A stretch of DNA of 64,000 nucleotides from Candidatus Latescibacterota bacterium (GCA_965198115.1 OZ240241.1:1120001-1184000), one strand, 5' to 3'. Counted from the stretch's first letter, positions 42,607-53,749 are shown. Notes: generated from the sequence alone by a model not told the origin. Made by a program: numbers and translations.

Positions 42607-42978
42607 CTATTGTTTGGGTCTGAACGAAATCTCGACGGGCTGACTTTGGGCACGAGCCATTGCTTCGTGCTCTTCTTCTGTGCACGCACTGTCTGTCGGA
42701 ACCGTCGGCTCAGGACCCGCTTCGGCGAACCCGTTCTGCTTCAACCACGCCTCTAGCTCCTCGCCACTGACGTCGGCCAGCATCGTCTCCCCGATCTGGA
42801 CACAAGGCTGGTTGGGTTGCCCCGTCTTCTGGACCATCTCCTGATAATTCTCAGGGTAGTTGATGATGTCCTTGTCCTCGTAGTCCAGCCTGTACTGGGC
42901 GAAGACGGCTCGGATACCGCGGCTCCAACCACACGACGGTTTTAGGTAAGCGGTAATCTTGGGTTGTTCGTTTGCCAT
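42607..42978 (-). CDS. Monothiol glutaredoxin-like protein (CGWS)
   Basis: LKPSCGWS, TGQ..QPCV cis-Pro loop. Confidence 0.8.
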   Translation of the reverse strand: MANEQPKITAYLKPSCGWSRGIRAVFAQYRLDYEDKDIINYPENYQEMVQKTGQPNQPCVQIGETMLADVSGEELEAWLKQNGFAEAGPEPTVPTDSACTEEEHEAMARAQSQPVEISFRPKQ

Positions 42979-43300
42979 GTTGTGCCTTCCTCCAGGGCCC
43001 TTTGAGGGGAGATCGGATTCGTTTCTGAACGGCCGAAAGATAACGGAAATCGAAGATCTGACAAGCCTGTCTTGTTCATTGGAATTGATTGTCGAGCAAC
43101 ACCCTGGTGCTTTTCCACGTGGCGACTGTTAGCCCAAAGTCCCGTCACTAAGAACTATAAGAACAATAGAAATAATATGTTGTAATTAATCTCTACCAAA
43201 GTGTGGGATCGACCCGGACTGATTGAGCTAAAGCAGGACGCGATACCAGCGATAGTAAGGAAGCACCGTCCAATTCACTCTTCCGTGGAGCGAATTCACC

Positions 43301-45234
43301 TTGGCCCACCCCATTCTACGTCCAAAGTGGTCGGAATCGCGGGGACTTCTGGCGATGATGACGATCTGCGCCGTCACCGCGGTCGTCTTCGCGGGCGTTC
43401 TTCAGAACGACTTCGCCTACGACGCCTCTCGAACGAACTCGTCGGGGCAATCGCCCCTCTGAAAATTCTGGCGAATCCATATTGGGTCGGTTTTGGGACA
43501 GACGGCAATGGGACCTACTACCGGCCGCTGACCGTCCTCTCCTTCGCCCTCGATCGGGCTCTCTATGGAAGCTCGGCCTGGGGTTTCCATCTTACGAATG
43601 TTTTTCTGCACGCTCTGGCGGGCTGCCTGGTCTTCGCGCTGGTTCAGACACTCGTCCGGAGCCGGTCAGCGGGATTGGCCGCCGCGCTTGTCACCGTCGT
43701 ACACCCCGTCAACACCGAGGCGGTTGCACACGTGTCGGCTCGCGGCGATCTTCTCGTGGCAATTTTTGTCATTGCAGGCGTTCGGGAAGTCCTTCGAAGA
43801 AGGCCGAGGGTGTGGGCGATCGCCTTGAGCGTCCTGGGCGCGCTCGTTTCGAAGGAGTCGGGTCTCGTTCTGCCGATTCTCCTCGTGTGGGTGGATGTCA
43901 TCTGGTGTCCGACGAGGGAGTCATTGCACCACTATGCACTCAGGCGGATTCGACGGGTCCACGTCTGGTCGGCGGTCTCCGTTCTGGCCTGGTTGGCCCT
44001 CAGATGGAATGCGACGGGGTCGCTCGCCCACGTGAGGCCCTCTCCACTCGACAATCCCCTTATCGTAGAGTCCACACTGACTGCTCTATTCACGCTCCCC
44101 CACCAGCTGTTCGAATACGCAAGGCTTCTGGTCTATCCCGCGTCCCTATCCGTCGATTATGGATTCGCCCAACTTCCGGTCGTCGAGTCCCCTGACCCGA
44201 TGCTGGTCGTTCTGGCCGTGGCCGTGGTGCTGTGTGGCAGGTTGCTTCGCTCCACCCTCCAGAACGCTCCGGCCCTGTCGCTCGCAATAGGGATACTCTT
44301 ACTTCCGATCCTCCTCGTGACCAACCCACTGCTGCCGGCCGGAAGCATGGTGGCTGAGCGATATCTCTATCTGTCGACGATTGGGTTGGCCACGGTGGTC
44401 GCGTATTCCGGACACCGGTTCAGACCCGTGTGGCCTGCTGCGCTGTCGAAGCCTCCAGTTCGCTGGGCTGCACTCTCGATCGTGCTTGCGGCTGCGGGTG
44501 TCAGAACGGATCAGCGTGTTGATGATTGGCAGTCGGATGAGACTCTTTTTGCATCAGCCGTAGAGGCTTCACCAAGAAGCATACGCTCCCACATCAACTA
44601 TGCCCACACGCTGAGCAAAAGGGGAGATTACCTAGCGGCGTCAGCGGTGCTGACACGGGCGATCGCCGTGGCACCGCCCATGCCCATTCTCCACTTACGT
44701 CTGGCCGACGCCCTGAGACACACGGGTCGCAATGATGCAGCACTGGTTCAATACAAAAACGCCGCACGGCTGAATCCCAACGTCGTCGAGGCGTGGGTGG
44801 GTGTTGGAAACACGGCTCTCGCCCTGAACCGAGACGCAGAGGCTGAGCGCGTTCTGGAACGGGCTGTGGCAATGCTTCCCGGCAGTTTCGAGACCCTCAA
44901 CCAGCTTGGGATTGCCTACCACCGCCGTGGAAAATTCCCCGACGCGCAGAACGCATACCGAAGCGCGATCCACGAGAACGGTCGCAGTGCTCACGTCTAT
45001 TTTAACCTTGGCGTCGCACTTGCTTCGGACAACAAGCCGGTAGAGGCCGCTGAGGCCTTCGAGAACGCCGTGAGTCTTCAGCCGACGCTGCTACCGGCGC
45101 ATCGCTATCTCGCCCAGCTCTTCGACGGGATGGGCGACCCGGAGCGAGCCGAACGTCATCGCAGAGCTTTCGGTGCCCTAACCGGACAGCCATCCAGTCC
45201 GGACGGCAGGACCTCGTCGGGCCCCCCTTCCTGA
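43301..45234 (+). CDS. TMTC/DUF1736-like membrane glycosyltransferase with C-terminal TPRs (frameshift ~43424)
   Basis: NDFAYD, YRPL, FHLTNV.LH, HPV.TEAV, SKE, AERYLY, W.SD..LF, multiple TPRs. Confidence 0.85.
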
Positions 45235-45305
45235 CAATCCCCCAAAAGACACGCACTCCTGAAAAGATTCAGGGGGCGCGTTTACTCTCCACGAGAAAAG
45301 ACGAA

Positions 45306-45611
45306 CTATTCTGCGGCCGACACCGCCGCAGCAAACACCAGGTCCGCGCGGGTGACGGCGTTCTCGCTGTGCGTCGTGACTCGAACGGTCAGCGTTTTTG
45401 TTCGGCTGTCGAGGACGATATCCGAGTGATGGTTCTGTTCGTCCATGACCTCTGTCAGCTTCCTTACGAACACCATGGTGGGTACGAACCTATCAAAACT
45501 CCATATTCGCTGGAGCGTCTTCTCGGAAGACACGTATTCCCACCCCTCCAGTTCGGAGAGCGCGGCTTCAATCTCATCTTCTGTGACGATCGTTTTGTCT
45601 TCGGTGGACAC
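45306..45611 (-). CDS. Pterin-4a-carbinolamine dehydratase
   Basis: NHHSDI, TTHS..VT.AD. Confidence 0.88.
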   Translation of the reverse strand: MSTEDKTIVTEDEIEAALSELEGWEYVSSEKTLQRIWSFDRFVPTMVFVRKLTEVMDEQNHHSDIVLDSRTKTLTVRVTTHSENAVTRADLVFAAAVSAAE

Positions 45612-45672
45612 GGTCGGGCTCCGTTTTGAAAGTTGGGCGGATGCGTCGTCGGGTTGAACATAACCACGACGG

Positions 45673-46263
45673 TCAGGAAATCCCACGCTGAACGCGGTCC
45701 CTCGCCAGTTCGTAGGCTTCCGGAGTGTTGACATTCTGGAGGCACGTTCTCAGCCGTGGCATCGAGGCGTCGAGGAAGCGTGTGGGTCTGCGGCACAGCA
45801 GATGACGGATGGGAAGGTTCCCCTCGTCGAGCATGGTATTCACGCTCTCGAGGACATCCGTTCGATAAGTGGAGGCAAGTGGATGGGCACGCTGACCGTC
45901 GTGCGGGCACACGATGTCGACGCCGGAGCCAGCGTGCGCCAATCGATCGATCAACTCGGCTGACAAGAATGGCATATCGCACGCAGCGACAAATGCACGG
46001 TTTCCATAGGCTCCCACTACACCCAGTCCCGACTGCATCCCGCCCAGCGGACCTCTCCCGGGTATCCGATCCCGAAGGACCTCGGTCACCGATAGATTCG
46101 GGAGGGTCTGCCCAGGTGCCGCGACCACCACCACGTGGCTGAATATGCCCCAGAGAAGACTCACGACGTAACTGAGGAGCGTTTCGTCTCCAAAGGGCAG
46201 ATCGATCTTGGGTCGACCCATGCGCTTACTCTCCCCACCACATAGAAGGACCGCCGGCATCAT
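45673..46263 (-). CDS. mobA: Molybdenum cofactor guanylyltransferase
   Basis: LCGGESKRMG.PK, GPLGG, ACDMPF, NVNTPE. Confidence 0.88.
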   Translation of the reverse strand: MMPAVLLCGGESKRMGRPKIDLPFGDETLLSYVVSLLWGIFSHVVVVAAPGQTLPNLSVTEVLRDRIPGRGPLGGMQSGLGVVGAYGNRAFVAACDMPFLSAELIDRLAHAGSGVDIVCPHDGQRAHPLASTYRTDVLESVNTMLDEGNLPIRHLLCRRPTRFLDASMPRLRTCLQNVNTPEAYELARDRVQRGIS

Positions 46264-47543
46264 CGGATGGGGCTCCCCTTTCCCGAAGCACGATACCACA
46301 CGCCGACCTCCGCCGCGGTCACGGGAGGCCGCAGTGACCTGCCGTCGGAGACGACCGCCGCAACAAGATCTGGATTTCGCAGTTTTGCCAGGTCCGTGAT
46401 GGATACCAAACCGTGACTCATCAACAGGTTGGCCCGATCCGTGCCCATTCCCTTGTGGATTGAGAGGCCAGCGTGTTGACAGGCGAGCGTCATGGAGTCA
46501 ACGGGTCGGTCGATCAACTCGGCAAGTGCGCCCGCTCCGTCCCGACGACATCGTGTGTGGAGTATCTCGGGTGTCGGCACACCTGCATTCGTCAGGCTTT
46601 CGATCGATTTAGGATCCAATCCTGCGATCTGCTCCAACAATGGTCTTCTCGATCGCACAGAATGCTGCATCATTCCGCCGAATCCGACCACGACGATAGC
46701 TACCCAGAGACCGGTCAAACAAAGCCGCCACAGCCTGCGTAGGGAACGTGCACCCCAGGCTCGTTCGATCAACCCGTAGGTCGGGTATGCATTCAGAGCC
46801 AGCGCAGGAAAACCCAGAAATCCGAGAAGCGGCATTTCGAACAGCTTGATCTCCTCGAGGCCCGGGACCGTGTAGATCCATTTACAGCGCGCGACGGCAT
46901 TCATGCTCTCCCACAGGAGCCCCGCCCACGTCCCACCCACAATCAGCGAGAGCAATCGATTGGCTTGGCCTCCCTCGAGATCGCGTAGGACCGATGGTGA
47001 TCCCAGTCGGTAGGCCATTGCTTCGGGAAGACAGGCCAGGGCGCCCCACGTCATCCAGTAGGCGTGGCGGGGAAAGACAAGGGGCGTCGTCAGGCAAAGG
47101 ATCCCGAGCACGAGGAGCCCCTGGCGGAGCCCTTCGACACGAACACGTTTCCACCGCACGTTCGCGAACCAGTTCGATGTCTCTACGATCCTGGCGTGAA
47201 GAAGACACGCGGGCATCACAGTTGAGAAGGCGATGCACGAGAATAGGAATGATGCCGCGACGTGGTGGAACGCGTACACGTAATACCAATTCTGAAGACG
47301 GACATTGTAGAGCTCGAAAAAGAACCAGAAAGGAATCGACCAGAGAAACATCGGCAGATGTTTTCGTGCTTCGAGCAGAGGCGGGTGACCTGACCACCCT
47401 GCGACGGCGTGCAGCATGGCAAAGTATCCGGCCCACGCGAGCAGATACCAGAGAATGTGCCAAGGGTCCAGGTCCAGCCACAGCGCCACGCCACCGAACC
47501 CGACGGAAGCCAATCCGAGTAGAACCGGGAGGCCGTGCTTCAT
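46260..47543 (-). CDS. Multi-pass membrane protein with C-terminal DUF4332-like HhH domain
   Basis: FE.YN..LQNWYY, WE..N....KWIY, LFEMPLLGFLGFP; C-terminal KGMG...A.LL...G. Confidence 0.7.
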   Translation of the reverse strand: MKHGLPVLLGLASVGFGGVALWLDLDPWHILWYLLAWAGYFAMLHAVAGWSGHPPLLEARKHLPMFLWSIPFWFFFELYNVRLQNWYYVYAFHHVAASFLFSCIAFSTVMPACLLHARIVETSNWFANVRWKRVRVEGLRQGLLVLGILCLTTPLVFPRHAYWMTWGALACLPEAMAYRLGSPSVLRDLEGGQANRLLSLIVGGTWAGLLWESMNAVARCKWIYTVPGLEEIKLFEMPLLGFLGFPALALNAYPTYGLIERAWGARSLRRLWRLCLTGLWVAIVVVGFGGMMQHSVRSRRPLLEQIAGLDPKSIESLTNAGVPTPEILHTRCRRDGAGALAELIDRPVDSMTLACQHAGLSIHKGMGTDRANLLMSHGLVSITDLAKLRNPDLVAAVVSDGRSLRPPVTAAEVGVWYRASGKGSPIR

Positions 47544-47627
47544 CACATCGCCCCACTCAACGCACGGCGAGGCCGCACTTTTGCGACGCACGTCGAAAGC
47601 GTATATTTTCGCCGAAAAAACCACGTC

Positions 47628-48416
47628 ATGTTCGGATCTCTGACCTACCTCTTCTTCAGCCAACTCTCTGTGGGCGGCGTACTTTCCATCTTACTCGTGC
47701 CCCAGGAGGCTGGCAAGAGCTTCTTCCGCTTCTGCTGCGCAGCAACTCTTGTGCTCCTCGCGGTCGGGATGGCCGCTGGGGGTGTGGGGACAGACCACAC
47801 CCTCGTGTCGCAGGGGTTCTTCGGAGCTTTCGGTTTGACGCTCGTGGTCTTCCTGCTCGGCGTCCTGCGCGATCGGTTCTCCCGACTCACCTTGGCGGCT
47901 TCTGGTAGCCTCGGCATCCTGGCACTCATCACCGACGGCATCACCCGCGCGGGTCTAGACCCTCCCTGGTGGGCGCCCGTGCTCGGGGCGGCCTATTCTT
48001 TGACGTCGGCTCTGTTCATCGGGTCGATCATCTTTGGCATGGTCTTGGGCCACTGGTATCTGGTCCTGCCGACACTGCCCATCGACCCGCTTCGCGACCT
48101 GACCCGCCTGATGATCCTGAGTGTGACCGTTAAAGCGATGCTCCTGGTCATCACCCTCTTGGTTTACTTTTACGCTGGCGGAGTGGAACACCAGGAAACC
48201 ATTTCGGGCTTTGCAGGCCTTGGGGGTCTGTTCTTTTGGGCCCGTGTTCTCTTTGGCCTGCTCGGCCCTTCTGTCATCTGTTACATGACGTGGGAAACGG
48301 TCAAGATCAACTCCACCCAATCGGCGACCGGACTTCTCTACGTCGCAACCCTGCTCGTCCTCATCGGGGAGCCCGTTTCCCGATTCATCTACCTCACGAC
48401 TTCCATTCCGGTCTGA
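47628..48416 (+). CDS. Conserved multi-TM membrane protein
   Basis: Hydrophobic helices; MVLGHWYL and STQSATGLLY motifs. Confidence 0.75.
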   Translation: MFGSLTYLFFSQLSVGGVLSILLVPQEAGKSFFRFCCAATLVLLAVGMAAGGVGTDHTLVSQGFFGAFGLTLVVFLLGVLRDRFSRLTLAASGSLGILALITDGITRAGLDPPWWAPVLGAAYSLTSALFIGSIIFGMVLGHWYLVLPTLPIDPLRDLTRLMILSVTVKAMLLVITLLVYFYAGGVEHQETISGFAGLGGLFFWARVLFGLLGPSVICYMTWETVKINSTQSATGLLYVATLLVLIGEPVSRFIYLTTSIPV

Positions 48417-48419
48417 GCT

Positions 48420-48869
48420 ATGGTCATCATCACACGATGTTCTGCCTGCGGCTATCGGGTCGCCGTCGATCCGGCCGAGGTCGAGGACTCGAAGTGCACA
48501 CGCTGTGGCGTAGAAACTTCCCTCGACATCTCCGATCGCATGCTCGAGGACAATCAAGTGGACGTTTGCCCCAACTGTGGTCGACGAGCCTTCTATGTTC
48601 AACGCGACTTCAACAGAAACCTGGGTCTGGTCATCGTTATCGTGTGTGCCGTAATCGGCCTTTTTTTCGTATTTTTGGATAGACCGTTCCTTTTCTACGC
48701 CAGCCTGGGTGTCGGGGTTCTCATCGACCTCGTCCTCTACCTAGCGCTGCCAGACGTAACGATTTGCTACGCCTGCCAGGCCATCTTTCGTGGGGCAACG
48801 CGGAATCCCGATCACGGTGGCTTCGATCTGCATATTGCAGATCACTTCGAGGGCCGGAGCCAGGGCTGA
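48420..48869 (+). CDS. Zinc-ribbon membrane protein
   Basis: Four CxxC pairs (CSAC, CTRC, CPNC, CYAC) around two TM helices. Confidence 0.75.
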   Translation: MVIITRCSACGYRVAVDPAEVEDSKCTRCGVETSLDISDRMLEDNQVDVCPNCGRRAFYVQRDFNRNLGLVIVIVCAVIGLFFVFLDRPFLFYASLGVGVLIDLVLYLALPDVTICYACQAIFRGATRNPDHGGFDLHIADHFEGRSQG

Positions 48870-49013
48870 AGCGTATCCGGTCAACAAGAGAAAGGTTGAC
48901 GGCCGTTTTCTTTGAAGGTGTCATTCCCGTCCAAATCAGCACACTTCGCAATTGACCGATTTTTAACGGGTTGTGCAACATTCACCGACTTGGTACGGTG
49001 GACTTTCGGGGGA

Positions 49014-50267
49014 ATGGACGAAGACGGACAACGTAGAGTGCTGGTGGCCCAGTTCCAACCCACCGACAGGCAGTTTGCCAGTCGGTTTTTGGAAGTGCTG
49101 GGGGGCTACGAGGTGCACGAGGCGGCGGACGGGATGAGCATGATCAAGGCCCTCAAGAGCCGGCCCGATGTCATTCTCGCCGATACCAGCCAACGAGCAC
49201 AATTTCCCCGGGCGCTCGAGATCATCAGGCGAAACAAGGCGTTCGAAGAGACACCCATCGTGATTTACAGCGAGGAGCAGCATCTCGCGCCGGGATTGGG
49301 TGCCAAGGGCATTTCGGGTTTCATCGTCAAGCCGGCCTCCCCTGCCGTGCTGCTCGGCAAGCTCTGGAAGGTTTTGGGCGAGGAAAGCGCGCGCGAGGCG
49401 TCTGCGTCGACGTTCTCGGAGCGATTCCAGGCCGATCTGGACGGGATCGACGATCTACCCACGCTCCCCTCGGTTTTCGCCGAGGTCGACCGTCTGTGCA
49501 AAGATCCCGACATCGGGGCCGACGAGTTGAGCAAGGTGATCGAAACAGATCCTTCGATCACGCTCAAGCTGCTCAATCTGGCCAACTCCGCGTTCTTCGG
49601 GTTCAGTAGACGCATCAAAACCGTCCACGAGGCCATCTCTCTCCTGGGCAACAAAACGGTCAAGAATGCGATTCTGAACATCGCGGTCTACGAGGCCACC
49701 AAGGACCTCGACTCGTCGGCCGGTTTGGACAAAAAGGAATTCTGGGTACACTCGGCCGGGGTCGGGTCGGTTGCCCGCTTCCTCTGTAAAAAGCTCTCGA
49801 TCGACCGCGATGAAGCCTTCACGGCGGGCATTGTGCACGACATGGGCAAGATCATCCTCGACTCGCTGTATGCGGATTTCTACGGTGATGTGCTCAAACG
49901 TGTGGCCGAGGGGGACGTTTCGATTTACGAGGCCGAGGAAGACGTCGTCGGGCTGACGCACGCGCAAATCGGTGAAGAACTTGCCGAGTCCTGGAATCTG
50001 GGTCCGGAACTCGTGGCGACGATCGCGCACCACCACCGACCCTCCCGCGCGGAAGGTGATGCGGAGATTGCGTGTCTCGTTCACATTGGAGATGTTATAG
50101 CGCGAAGACTCAGCGTCGGGTCAGGAGGCGATTCGAATGTTCCGGACATCGAGCCCGATGCGCTCAAGACGCTGAGTGTCTCATCTGATCAACTGACGGA
50201 GTGGGATGAAGAAATCCAGGAAGCAGTCGAACGTGACCGATCGATTCTTTCGATCTTGCAAAGCTGA
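49014..50267 (+). CDS. Receiver + HDOD domain protein
   Basis: PDVILAD, FIVKP; LPTLP, LANSAFFG, FWVHS, GIVHDMGK. Confidence 0.9.
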   Translation: MDEDGQRRVLVAQFQPTDRQFASRFLEVLGGYEVHEAADGMSMIKALKSRPDVILADTSQRAQFPRALEIIRRNKAFEETPIVIYSEEQHLAPGLGAKGISGFIVKPASPAVLLGKLWKVLGEESAREASASTFSERFQADLDGIDDLPTLPSVFAEVDRLCKDPDIGADELSKVIETDPSITLKLLNLANSAFFGFSRRIKTVHEAISLLGNKTVKNAILNIAVYEATKDLDSSAGLDKKEFWVHSAGVGSVARFLCKKLSIDRDEAFTAGIVHDMGKIILDSLYADFYGDVLKRVAEGDVSIYEAEEDVVGLTHAQIGEELAESWNLGPELVATIAHHHRPSRAEGDAEIACLVHIGDVIARRLSVGSGGDSNVPDIEPDALKTLSVSSDQLTEWDEEIQEAVERDRSILSILQS

Positions 50268-50279
50268 AGTGGGGCAACA

Positions 50280-51604
50280 ATGTCTGAGGAAGAAGGCCCG
50301 TCGGGCACACCAAAGACGATCATCGTAGACCGAAAGTTCAAACCTGAAGACCTACGGATTCCACGCAATCAGGTCTACGTGAAGGATCTTGGCGAGTGTT
50401 TTAAGATTTTTCAAAAGTGGGGCTTCGACATCATCTGGGTGGAAAACGGCGTCGACTGTCTCCGAGCGGTTCGGAAGTGGGCGGCGGATATCAAGTCGGT
50501 TCTGATCGAAGGATACGTCCCAAGGGGCGGGTTCACAGTAGCTCGCCTCATCCGGTTCAAACCCGACTGCAAGCACATTCCTGTTTTCCTCATGTCCTCG
50601 CAGCTCACAGAAAACGACATTGCCGAGGGTAAGAAACTGGGCATCGTCGATTCCCTTACGCGACCGTTCAACGACACCGCCACACTCGAAGAGAGACTTC
50701 AAACCGGACTCGATGTGCAGGAAGAGGCGGCGGCCGAGGCGCCCGCGGATCCCAGGGCCCACATCCTGGGCGAGCTGGAAAAAATCCAGGGCCTGCCGGC
50801 CATGCCCACCGTCTACAACGAGATCGACAAGCTTTCGAAGAACCCGGAAACGACGACCGAAGAGTACGCCAAGGTCATCGAGCTGGACCCGGGGATCACG
50901 ACTCAGATGCTCCGCCTGTGTAACTCTTCTGCCTTCTCGTTTTCACGCCAGATTACCTCCGTCGGCGACGCCGTAAACTCGGGCTTCAGACCGTTATCGA
51001 TTTCGTTCGAACACTGTCCGTGGTGGGGGCTTTTAAGGGCAAGGCACAGGCTTTCGATGCTCAAGAATTCTGGCAACATTCCATTGCCGTGGGGGTCATC
51101 GCCAAGCTTCTTCGCGACCGTGACGAATTGAAGGGGAAGCTCGACATAGGCGAAGACGATCCGTTCATGGCCGGTATGGTCCACGATATCGGCAAACAGG
51201 TTCTGGGCCACTTCTTCAACGAAATGTTCCAGATGGTGCTCGACGAAATGAAGGCTGGCAACGGAATATACGACGTGGAAATGGATGTGCTCGGTCTGAC
51301 GCATGCCCACATCGGTGCGGGTCTGGCGGACAAGTGGCAGCTCCCGACTTCTCTATCTGCGGTCATCGGAACTCACCACACCCCGTCGGAAGACGAAGCC
51401 AACGAAATGACCAAACTCATCCATCTAGCCGACGTCACTGCCAAACAGTTGGATATGGGGTTTTGCGAAAAGCAGAAGGACGCGCAACCCGACGAGGCGT
51501 TGATGGGCGCCATCGAAATGGAGGCGTTTGGGGAGATGCGGGCTGACATGGAAATCACGATACGAAAACAGGTCGCCGATACTTTTTCGGCCATCTTCAA
51601 GTAG
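50280..51604 (+). CDS. Receiver-like + HDOD domain protein (frameshift ~50975)
   Basis: LPAMP, LCNSSAF, then FWQHS and GMVHDIGK in the next ORF. Confidence 0.85.
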
Positions 51605-51625
51605 ACCGCAGGAGTCAAAAACCGA

Positions 51626-51657
51626 AAGAGGCCTGGATGTAATCATCCAGGCCTCTT
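51626..51657. terminator. Hairpin terminator between convergent genes
   Basis: AAGAGGCCTGGATG-TAAT-CATCCAGGCCTCTT. Confidence 0.75.
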
Positions 51658-51676
51658 CTCGTTCGTGCCCATTTAA

Positions 51677-52234
51677 CTACGAGCTCCCGAGCAGCAACCC
51701 CAGACTGAACCGGAACGAACTGTCCGTCTGACTGTCGGCGATCACGAGCTTTAGCTCTCCGAACCATCCCAGTCCGCTGCTGAGCCGGCGTTGGAAACCG
51801 ATCGGCAAATTGAGGCTACCTTTGGTCGCGTTCGTGACCAATGCATTCCCCACGTCGGGTCTGAACAGATGGACGCCGATGCCAGCTCCAAAATACCCTA
51901 TGACGGTTTCGCCCCTGTAGAATCGGTATCGTGTATCCACATTGATGGAGTAGATCTTCAGGTTATCCTGAAGCACGGCATCGAACCCGGGGACGAGATC
52001 GAGATGATCGATGAAGAACTCGCCCAGATTCAGAACCCCCCCCACAGTCAGTCTTGCTGCATCGAAATTCGTGCCCGTACCCGAAATCGTGGCCGGCGCC
52101 GAAATGGCATCGGTCTGCGTCAGGTCGAGGCCGACGCTGACGCCCAGATGCCGGAACCCGAGGGCGTAGGTCGGGCCGTGAGTCAGCCCTAAAACGACTG
52201 ATACCGCGCAAACACACTGAACCCATTTTCGCAT
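51677..52234 (-). CDS. Small outer-membrane beta-barrel protein
   Basis: Signal peptide, alternating amphipathic strands, YFGAGIG. Confidence 0.65.
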   Translation of the reverse strand: MRKWVQCVCAVSVVLGLTHGPTYALGFRHLGVSVGLDLTQTDAISAPATISGTGTNFDAARLTVGGVLNLGEFFIDHLDLVPGFDAVLQDNLKIYSINVDTRYRFYRGETVIGYFGAGIGVHLFRPDVGNALVTNATKGSLNLPIGFQRRLSSGLGWFGELKLVIADSQTDSSFRFSLGLLLGSS

Positions 52235-52318
52235 GGTGTCTCCTTGTTTTACCCGGCCACATTTTGAGAATGGCCCGAGGGGAATATAGAAGATCGGTAT
52301 CTCGGGAACAACCGGACC

Positions 52319-53413
52319 TCACGGAGCATTGAAGAGAAACCGGATGACGTCCCCATCTTCCACGACGTAGTCTCGACCCTCGACCCTCAGTTTACCAGCT
52401 TCTCGTAGTGGCTCTACTCCCCCCGCCTCGATTAGGTCCACGCTCCGGGCCACTTCGGCGCGAATGAAACCCTCTTGCATGTCCGAGTGCACCCGTCCAG
52501 CCGCATCGGGTGCGGTCGAACCCCGTCGGAGCTGCCAGGCCTGGAGCAGGTTGTTCGCCGTCGTGTAGAACGTGAGCAAGCCGAGTAGGCTATACCCCGC
52601 GCTGATTAGACGATCGATGCCCGATTCGGTTGCGCCAAGATCATCTAGAAAGGCGGTCCGGTCTTCTGTCGAAAGTTCAGTCAGTTCGGCCTCGATCTGT
52701 GCCGAAATGACCAGAACGCGTTCGGCCCCGTAGCTTGCTGACAGGGACGCTGCCTCCTCACCACCGTCGGGCAAGTCCGACTCCGATACGTTCGCAATGT
52801 AGAGCACATCCTTCAGAGTCATCAGATGGTAAGGGCCGAGGGCTACACGGCCCTCATCGGTCAGATCCGCATCCACGGCCGGGTTCCCCGTCTCCAGCAC
52901 TTTTGAGACTGCCGTGAGCGCTTCTTCCTCTGCCTTTTCGGGCCCTCGTGGGTCTGCCCGCAGGACCTTTCGAACTCTATCGAGACCGGCTTCGACGATA
53001 TCGAGATCGGATAGGGCCAGTTCGGTAAGGACGGTCTCCGTATCTCGTAGGGCGTCGAGGCTGCCATCGACGTGGGCCACCTGTTCGTGCTCGAAGCAAC
53101 GGACGACGTGCAGGATGGCATCACATTCCGCGATGTGTTCCAAGAACTGGTTTCCCAAGCCCTCACCGTGACTCGCACCCTTCACCAGTCCGGCGATGTC
53201 TACGAATCGGATCTGAGTCGGCGTCACGCTCTCGGGCTGGATACAATCGGCGAGAGCGAGGAGTCTATGGTCGGGCACCTCCACGACGCCCACGTTGGGA
53301 TCGATCGTCGAGAACGGATACCTCGCGGCTTCAGCGTGGCTATTCGTGAGCGCGTTGAAGAGAGTCGACTTTCCCGAATTGGGAAGACCGACGATTCCGA
53401 TATTCAATGCCAT
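52319..53413 (-). CDS. ychF: Redox-regulated ATPase YchF
   Basis: GIVGLPNSGKSTLFN, DIAGLVKGAS.GEGLGNQFL, GFIRAEV. Confidence 0.96.
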   Translation of the reverse strand: MALNIGIVGLPNSGKSTLFNALTNSHAEAARYPFSTIDPNVGVVEVPDHRLLALADCIQPESVTPTQIRFVDIAGLVKGASHGEGLGNQFLEHIAECDAILHVVRCFEHEQVAHVDGSLDALRDTETVLTELALSDLDIVEAGLDRVRKVLRADPRGPEKAEEEALTAVSKVLETGNPAVDADLTDEGRVALGPYHLMTLKDVLYIANVSESDLPDGGEEAASLSASYGAERVLVISAQIEAELTELSTEDRTAFLDDLGATESGIDRLISAGYSLLGLLTFYTTANNLLQAWQLRRGSTAPDAAGRVHSDMQEGFIRAEVARSVDLIEAGGVEPLREAGKLRVEGRDYVVEDGDVIRFLFNAP

Positions 53414-53482
53414 GCGGACTGTACGTGACGGAGCCGGCGGCACACGTGCCCCCGGCTCTTACCGTCTATTATTCTGTGAAAT

Positions 53483-53749
53483 TTACCGGCCGCCGCTGAT
53501 GGCGGTCACGAAGTGAACTTCGTCCTCCGGGCCGATCCGCTGACGCAAGCCCTCGTTTGTGACTTCGCCGTTGACCGACACGGCCAGCCCGGGTCGGATT
53601 CTGTCCTCATCGATCACGCGGGACTTGATGCCGGGGAACACAGATTCGAGCTCATCTATCACCGCCCGCAACGTCTCTCCTCCGACAGTGACCTGCTCCT
53701 GTCCTCCCGTTAACGAACGCATCAGCGATGGAATCCAGACGACGGGCAT
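53483..53749 (-). CDS. MoaD/ThiS sulfur-carrier protein
   Basis: Ubiquitin-like size and pattern, C-terminal AISGGR. Confidence 0.88.
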   Translation of the reverse strand: MPVVWIPSLMRSLTGGQEQVTVGGETLRAVIDELESVFPGIKSRVIDEDRIRPGLAVSVNGEVTNEGLRQRIGPEDEVHFVTAISGGR

